Assembly: GCA_963836035.1 (NCBI GenBank)
Contig: CAWIHX010000005.1
Location: forward strand, 118,603 to 182,602
Direction: 5' to 3'
DNA: 64,000 bases
Origin: an uncultured Solirubrobacteraceae bacterium
GTDB taxonomy: Bacteria; Actinomycetota; Thermoleophilia; Solirubrobacterales; Solirubrobacteraceae
Of this stretch, positions 58,535 through 64,000 are shown piece by piece (within the stretch, counting starts at the first letter, position 1; each line of letters starts with the position of its first letter). The notes beneath the pieces are model-generated. The model saw nothing but the letters and a program-made list of their open reading frames with translations, was not told where the DNA came from and did not search any database. The position numbers and the translations under genes were made by a program.

Positions 58535-60106
58535 CTAGAACAACCCGAGCGCCGAGCCGGTGTGGCGCACGAGGTCGAACAGCGGCTGGGGCACGATCCC
58601 GAACACGACCGTGCCGACGCCCGCGAGCAGCGCGACCGCCACGATCTCGGGCTGGCCGTCGCGCGCCAGCTGGAAGCCCTCGGCGTCGAGCTCGCTGGAG
58701 CCGCCCGCGAGCGCGGGCAGCCCGCCGGGGCCTTCGGCGCCCGGCGTCGGCACGCCCGGCCGTCCAGGCGCCTCGCGCCACCACATCGTGGCGATCACGG
58801 GCAGGTAGTAGCCGAGCGAGATCATCGAGCCGATCACGATCACGATCCCGAGCCACGCGTAGCCGCCTTCGACCGCCGCCTGGATCAGGTAGATCTTCCC
58901 GATCAGCCCCGCGGTCGCCGGCAGCCCGGCGAGCCCGAGCATCGCCAGCGTCATCGGCCAGGCCAGCAGCGGCCGTTCGCGCCCGAGGCCGGAGATCGCG
59001 GTCATCGAGTCGCCGAGGCCGGTTTCGCGTTCGCGCGCGACGATCGGGGCGAACGCGGCCATGTTCATCACGAGGTAGACGATCAGGTAGAGGACCGTCG
59101 CCTGCACGCCGAGCTTGGTCGCGACGACGACCCCGGCGAGCATGTAGCCGGCCTGCCCGACCGAGGAGTAGGCGAGCATCCGCTTCAGCGAGGACTGGCC
59201 GAGTGCGCCGACGTTGCCGACGATGATCGTGATCGTGGCGAGCGCGGCCAGCGCCGGGCCCCAGCTGGCGTGCGCTTCGATCAGCGCGACGTCGAAGAAA
59301 CGCAGGAACGCCCCCATCGCGGCGACCTTCGTCGTCACCGCCATGAACGCCGTCACCGGCGTGGGCGCGCCCTCGTAGACGTCGGGCGTCCACTGGTGGA
59401 ACGGCGCGATCGAGGCCTTGAAGGCGAGCCCCGCGACGCACAGCGCGATCCCGGTGAGCGTGAGCACGTCGGTCGAGAGGCCGCCTTCGCCGAGCTTCGC
59501 GGCGATCGCCGTGTAGTCGGTCGCGCCGGTCGCCCCGTAGATCAGCGCCAGCCCGTACAGCAGCGTCGCCGAGCCCACCGAGCCGACGATCAGGTACTTG
59601 AGCCCGGACTCGAGCGAGTGCTCGCGCATCATTTCGACCGCGCACAGCACGTACAGCGGGATCGAGAGGAGCTCGAGCCCGGTGAACAGCGCAACCGTGT
59701 TCTGCGCCGCGACCAGCATCACCATCCCGGCCAGCGAGCTCAGCAGCAGGGCATGGAACTCGCCGTGCGCCGCTTCGCGCGCGGCGTTCGAGCGCCACGC
59801 GAGCAGCACGGTGCATGCCCCGCCCGCGACCAGCACCAGCGTGAGCACCTGCGTCAGCGGGTCGATCCGCAGCGCGCCCGAGATCAGCGAAGTGTGTTCG
59901 CCCCACTGCCAGAGCGTGAGGCCGAGCGTCGCGGCGAGCGACACCAGGGCGAGCGCGGGGACGAGCTGGCGGCGCACCCAGCCTTTGCCGACCAGGCCGA
60001 CGAGCAGGACGACCGCCGCGCCGCCGAGCAGCGCGAGCAGGGGGGAGAGGCCGGCCCAGTCGATGTGCGGGCCTTTGAGGTGGGTGGTGGCGAGGAGGGT
60101 GGTCAC
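58535..60106 (-). CDS. nuoN: NADH-quinone oxidoreductase subunit N
   Basis: 'ESGLKYLI', 'FKASIAPFHQWTPDVYEGAPTP', 'KRMLAYSS'. Confidence 0.96.
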   Translation of the reverse strand: MTTLLATTHLKGPHIDWAGLSPLLALLGGAAVVLLVGLVGKGWVRRQLVPALALVSLAATLGLTLWQWGEHTSLISGALRIDPLTQVLTLVLVAGGACTVLLAWRSNAAREAAHGEFHALLLSSLAGMVMLVAAQNTVALFTGLELLSIPLYVLCAVEMMREHSLESGLKYLIVGSVGSATLLYGLALIYGATGATDYTAIAAKLGEGGLSTDVLTLTGIALCVAGLAFKASIAPFHQWTPDVYEGAPTPVTAFMAVTTKVAAMGAFLRFFDVALIEAHASWGPALAALATITIIVGNVGALGQSSLKRMLAYSSVGQAGYMLAGVVVATKLGVQATVLYLIVYLVMNMAAFAPIVARERETGLGDSMTAISGLGRERPLLAWPMTLAMLGLAGLPATAGLIGKIYLIQAAVEGGYAWLGIVIVIGSMISLGYYLPVIATMWWREAPGRPGVPTPGAEGPGGLPALAGGSSELDAEGFQLARDGQPEIVAVALLAGVGTVVFGIVPQPLFDLVRHTGSALGLF

Positions 60107-61791
60107 TGGCCCGCCCCGCCTTCGATCGTGGCGGCACCGGTGCGTTCACGGGCCGGTGGCGCGCTGAACAAGGTGTCGAGGTCGGTGGTGGCGCCGGTTC
60201 GTGCCGAGAAGGACGCACATTCCGGAAGCGTCCCGCACACCGAGAAGATCTCCGACGCGGCAACCGCTCCCTTGACCGACGATTCGCTCTTGTGCAGCGC
60301 CACCTGCGGATACACCGCGAGGAACACGATCACCGCCACGATCGGCACCAGCACGAGCCCGTCGCGCAGCGTGATCTCACGCGACTCGACCTGCTTGCCG
60401 GCGCGGTTGTGCATCGCGCGGATGAACAGCCGCAGCGCGTACACACTCGCCATCACGACGCCGGTGAAGGCGATGATCGCGATCGCGAGCTTGGCTTTGA
60501 AGACGCCGAGCAGGATCAGGAACTCGCCGACGAAGTTCGACGAGCCGGGCATCGCCAGCGTCGCGAGCGCGACGATCAGGAAGATGCTCGCGAACACGGG
60601 CGCCCGGAACGCGATCCCGCCCATGTCGCGGATGTCTTCCGAACCGCCCGCGCGGCGGGCGAGCAGCGCGGAGATGAACAGCAGCGGCGCGACGACGAGC
60701 GCGTGGTTGACCATCTGCAGCAGCGCGCCCTGGGCGCCCTGCGAGTTGAGCGCGAAGATGCCGAGCGTGATGAAGCCGAGCTGGGCGACCGAGGAGTAGC
60801 CGGCGATCAGCCGCACGTCGGTCTGCGTGAACGCCTGCAGCGAGCCGTAGACGATCGAGGCGAGCGCGATCAGCAGCAGCAGCGTCTGGAAGTGCACGGA
60901 GGCGCGGGGGAACAGCGTCAGCACGATCGCCAGGAAGCCGTACGCGCCGACCTTCGAGAGCACGCCGGAGAAGACCATCAGCACCTCGATCGGCATCGCG
61001 CGGTAGCCGTCGGGCATCCAGCCGTGCAGGGGGAAGGCCGGCATCTTCACGAGGAAGGCGGCGGCGAACAGCAGGAAGATCCACTCCTGAGATCCGGTTG
61101 CCAGCGGCGCATGTTGAAGGGCGGTGTAGGCGAAGTCGAGGCTGCCGCCGTTCTGCTGGGCGGCCAGCACGCCGGTCGCGACCGCGCCCGCGAGCATCAG
61201 CAGCGAGCCCACGAGGGTGTAGATCACGAGCTTCGTCGTCGCGCGCATGCGCGTGGAGCCCTCCGGGTCGCGGCCCCAGCCCCCGATCAGGAAGTAGAAG
61301 GGGATCAGCATCAGGTCGAAGAAGGCGACGAACAGGATCAGGTCCTGCGCGAGGAACGCGCCGAGCACCGCCGACTCGGCGAGCATCAGCTGGAAGTAGA
61401 AGCTGCGCGCGCGCTCGGGCGGGCCGGAGGGGCGGACGTTGCTGGCGAGCACCGCGGCGGCGAACAGCAGTGCGGCCATCGCGATCAGGGCGACGTTCAG
61501 CCCCGTGACGGCGAGCTTGTAGTGGATCCCGAGCGAGGAGATCCACATCGTGTCCGTGACGTGCTGTGCCCCGCCGCCCGGTGTGTAGTCGACGAGGTAG
61601 GCGATCGCGAGACCGAGCGTCGCGAGGCTGCCGAGAAGCGCCGCGATCCCGGCCGCCGAGGTGGGGCGGCGGATCTCCCCGCCCGGTGCCGTCGCCGGCG
61701 TCGCCGCGCGGCCCGCGCGTCCGGGCGGCAGCATCGCGCCGAGCAGGCCGAACGCGAGGGGGAGCCAGAGGAGGATCGAGAGGGGTGGCAT
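60103..61791 (-). CDS. nuoM: NADH-quinone oxidoreductase subunit M
   Basis: C-terminal part of ORF 60103..63138: 'VKMPAFPLHGWMP', 'LSKVGAYG', 'IAGYSSVAQLG', 'PGSSNFVGEF'. Confidence 0.95.
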   Translation of the reverse strand: MPPLSILLWLPLAFGLLGAMLPPGRAGRAATPATAPGGEIRRPTSAAGIAALLGSLATLGLAIAYLVDYTPGGGAQHVTDTMWISSLGIHYKLAVTGLNVALIAMAALLFAAAVLASNVRPSGPPERARSFYFQLMLAESAVLGAFLAQDLILFVAFFDLMLIPFYFLIGGWGRDPEGSTRMRATTKLVIYTLVGSLLMLAGAVATGVLAAQQNGGSLDFAYTALQHAPLATGSQEWIFLLFAAAFLVKMPAFPLHGWMPDGYRAMPIEVLMVFSGVLSKVGAYGFLAIVLTLFPRASVHFQTLLLLIALASIVYGSLQAFTQTDVRLIAGYSSVAQLGFITLGIFALNSQGAQGALLQMVNHALVVAPLLFISALLARRAGGSEDIRDMGGIAFRAPVFASIFLIVALATLAMPGSSNFVGEFLILLGVFKAKLAIAIIAFTGVVMASVYALRLFIRAMHNRAGKQVESREITLRDGLVLVPIVAVIVFLAVYPQVALHKSESSVKGAVAASEIFSVCGTLPECASFSARTGATTDLDTLFSAPPARERTGAATIEGGAGQ

Positions 61792-61796
61792 CGTCC

Positions 61797-63812
61797 TCAG
61801 CTCTGCAGCAGGAAGTAGAAGCCGATCGCCGCGACGCCCAGCACGAGCAGCGCCGCGTAGTAGCGCACGAAGCCGCTCTGGATCGCGCGCACCGCGGCGG
61901 AGGAGGCGCGCACGATCCCGCTGGTCCCGCCGACGAGCGTCTCGTCCACGACGCGCGGCTCGAACACGTCGCGCGCGAAGCGCCCGGCGGCGAGCGCCGG
62001 CTGCACGACGGCGGCGTCGATCAGCTCGTCGAAGTACCACTTGTTGACGAACAGCTCGTAGAGGACGCCGGCGCGCTCGCGCACGCGCGCGGCCGTGCCC
62101 GGTTCCTTGACCCACACGCGGTAGGCGATCGCGATGCCCGCGAGGCCGAGGACCGTCCCGAGGATCAGCCCGAACACGAGCAGGCCGTCCTTCGTGTGGA
62201 CCGTGTAGAGGCTCGAGCCGGCGAAGGCCGGTTCCAGGAACTTCGTGATCACGTCGTCGACTTCGGGGATCTGGATCAGCCCGGCCCCGATGGCCCCGAC
62301 CGCGAGCAGCGACATCGAGACCTTCATCGGGAGCGCCCGCTCGGCGATCGCGTGGTGGGGTCCCGGGAAGCCGACGCCGGTGTCCTCGACTTCGCCGGTG
62401 GCCGGGTTGGTCGGGTGCTCGGCGTGGTGCAGGTGCCCTTCTTCGAGCTCGCGCGCCTCGGGCACCGGGTCCCCGTAGAACGCGCGGAAGATCATCCGGA
62501 ACGTGTAGATCGCGGTCATGAACGCGCCGATATAGCCGAGCACGTACAGCGCCCAGTGCCAGCCGCCCAGCTCGCCGGTCACGAGCAGGATCTCGTCCTT
62601 GGAGAAGAAGCCGGAGAACGGAGGGATGCCCGACAGCGCGAGGCCGCCGATCACGAAGCAGCCGAACGTGAACGGCAGCGCCCTCCGGAAGCCGCCCATG
62701 CGGTCCAGCGACTGCTCGCCGGCCATCGCGCCGATGATCGAGCCCGCGCCCATGAACAGCAGCGCCTTGAAGAAGGCGTGCGTCATCAGGTGGAACATCC
62801 CGGCGGCATACGCGCCGACGGAGACGCCCATGATCATGTAGCCGATCTGCGACATCGTCGAGTACGCGATCACGCGCTTGATGTCGGTCTGCGTGAGGGC
62901 GATCGTGGCGGCGACCAGCAGCGTCGCGCAGCCGACCGCCGCGCCCACGTCCTGCGCCGCCGGCGCCAGTTCGAACAGCGGGTGCATGCGCGCGATCAGG
63001 TACACGCCGGCCGTGACCATCGTCGCCGCGTGGATCAGCGCGCTGACGGGCGTCGGGCCTTCCATCGCGTCGGGCAGCCATGTGTGGAGCGGGATCTGCG
63101 CCGACTTCGCGAACGCGCCGACGAGCAGGAGCAGGCACCCGGCCGTCAGGTCACCGTCGCCGTGAGCCCCGAACGCGCCGTGCGCGGTCGCGCTGAACGT
63201 CCCGAGCATTTCGAGCGTGCCCGTGTGCTTGAAGATGAAGTAGGTGCCGAGCACCAGGCCGACGTCGCCGACGACGTTGATCACGAACGCCTTCAGCCCG
63301 GCCTCGGTCGCGGTCCGGCGCCGGTACCAGTAGGAGATCAGCAGGTACGAGGCCGCCCCCACGAACGCCCAGCCGACGATCAGCAGCAGGAAGTTCCCGG
63401 CCAGGACCAGGAGCAGCATCGAGAAGACGAAGAAGTTGAGATAGGAGAAGAACCGGTCGAACCCCTTGTCCTCTTCCATGTAGGAGATCGCGTAGAGGTG
63501 GATCAGCGTCGAGATGCCGGTGACGATCAGGATCATCCAGACCGACAGCGGGTCGACGAGGATCGCCATCTTCGCGTTGATGCCGACCGTCGTGGCGTAG
63601 TCGTAGAGCGAGGAGACGAGCTGGCGGTGGGCGGGGTCGTGCCCCTGCAGCGAGATCAGCGTCGCGACCGCCGCCACGAACGACAGCGCGATCGCCGCGG
63701 TGCCGATCCAGCCGGCCGTGTTGCCCTTCAGCCGCCGGAAGCCGAACGCGCTGATGAGCGTGCCCGCCAGCGGGAAGGCGAGCACGAGCCAGCCCCAGGT
63801 CGTCGTGCTCAT
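61797..63812 (-). CDS. nuoL: NADH-quinone oxidoreductase subunit L
   Basis: 'KSAQIPLHTWLPDAMEGPTPVSALIHAATMVTAG', 'HAFFKALLF'. Confidence 0.96.
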   Translation of the reverse strand: MSTTTWGWLVLAFPLAGTLISAFGFRRLKGNTAGWIGTAAIALSFVAAVATLISLQGHDPAHRQLVSSLYDYATTVGINAKMAILVDPLSVWMILIVTGISTLIHLYAISYMEEDKGFDRFFSYLNFFVFSMLLLVLAGNFLLLIVGWAFVGAASYLLISYWYRRRTATEAGLKAFVINVVGDVGLVLGTYFIFKHTGTLEMLGTFSATAHGAFGAHGDGDLTAGCLLLLVGAFAKSAQIPLHTWLPDAMEGPTPVSALIHAATMVTAGVYLIARMHPLFELAPAAQDVGAAVGCATLLVAATIALTQTDIKRVIAYSTMSQIGYMIMGVSVGAYAAGMFHLMTHAFFKALLFMGAGSIIGAMAGEQSLDRMGGFRRALPFTFGCFVIGGLALSGIPPFSGFFSKDEILLVTGELGGWHWALYVLGYIGAFMTAIYTFRMIFRAFYGDPVPEARELEEGHLHHAEHPTNPATGEVEDTGVGFPGPHHAIAERALPMKVSMSLLAVGAIGAGLIQIPEVDDVITKFLEPAFAGSSLYTVHTKDGLLVFGLILGTVLGLAGIAIAYRVWVKEPGTAARVRERAGVLYELFVNKWYFDELIDAAVVQPALAAGRFARDVFEPRVVDETLVGGTSGIVRASSAAVRAIQSGFVRYYAALLVLGVAAIGFYFLLQS

Positions 63813-64000
63813 CCCTGGAGCTCCCGCAGCTCGTCGACGTCGATCGGCAGCCGCCGCCTGTAGATCGCGACGATCATGCCGAGCCCGATGCAGACCTCGC
63901 AGGCGGCGACGGTCATGACGATGATCGCGAGGATCTGGCCGTCGCCGTTGCCCCACATGCGCGCGAAGGCGATCAGGGCCAGGTTGCCGCCGTTGAGCAT
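63809..64000 (-). CDS. nuoK: NADH-quinone oxidoreductase subunit K, 5'-truncated by window edge
   Basis: 'MTVAACEVCIGLGMIVAIYR'. Confidence 0.92.
   Translation of the reverse strand: MLNGGNLALIAFARMWGNGDGQILAIIVMTVAACEVCIGLGMIVAIYRRRLPIDVDELRELQG

Overview
Very GC-rich bacterial chromosomal DNA. The gene families look like Actinomycetota, class Thermoleophilia (Solirubrobacterales-like); this is inferred from gene content, not from a marker gene. About 60 mostly housekeeping CDS are present: branched-chain amino acid ABC transporter, diguanylate cyclase, purD, Rsb-like partner-switching trio, pyk, metF, gltA, DEAD helicase, bcp, satP-acs, PspC two-component system with two ABC exporters, pepF and nuoK-N. 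I found no tRNA, rRNA, CRISPR array, integrase or transposase. Features the ORF track does not explain: (1) a c-di-GMP-I (GEMM-I) riboswitch whose P1 would bury the RBS of a secreted repeat-containing glycoside hydrolase, preceded by a sigma28/WhiG-like promoter candidate, together suggesting a two-layer 'low c-di-GMP = ON' circuit; (2) two single-gene islets of atypical composition, an intact Schlafen/AlbA_2-HATPase-wHTH gene and a triply damaged P-loop ATPase-wHTH pseudogene; (3) a purD with motifs resembling the archaeal type; (4) an 18-bp inverted-repeat box at identical spacing in front of the PspC two-component operon and the neighbouring ABC exporter operon; (5) widespread leaderless gene starts, with a TANNNT box 6-8 nt before the start codon; (6) a frameshifted pepF. 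All family assignments come from motifs recognised by eye; no database searches were run.
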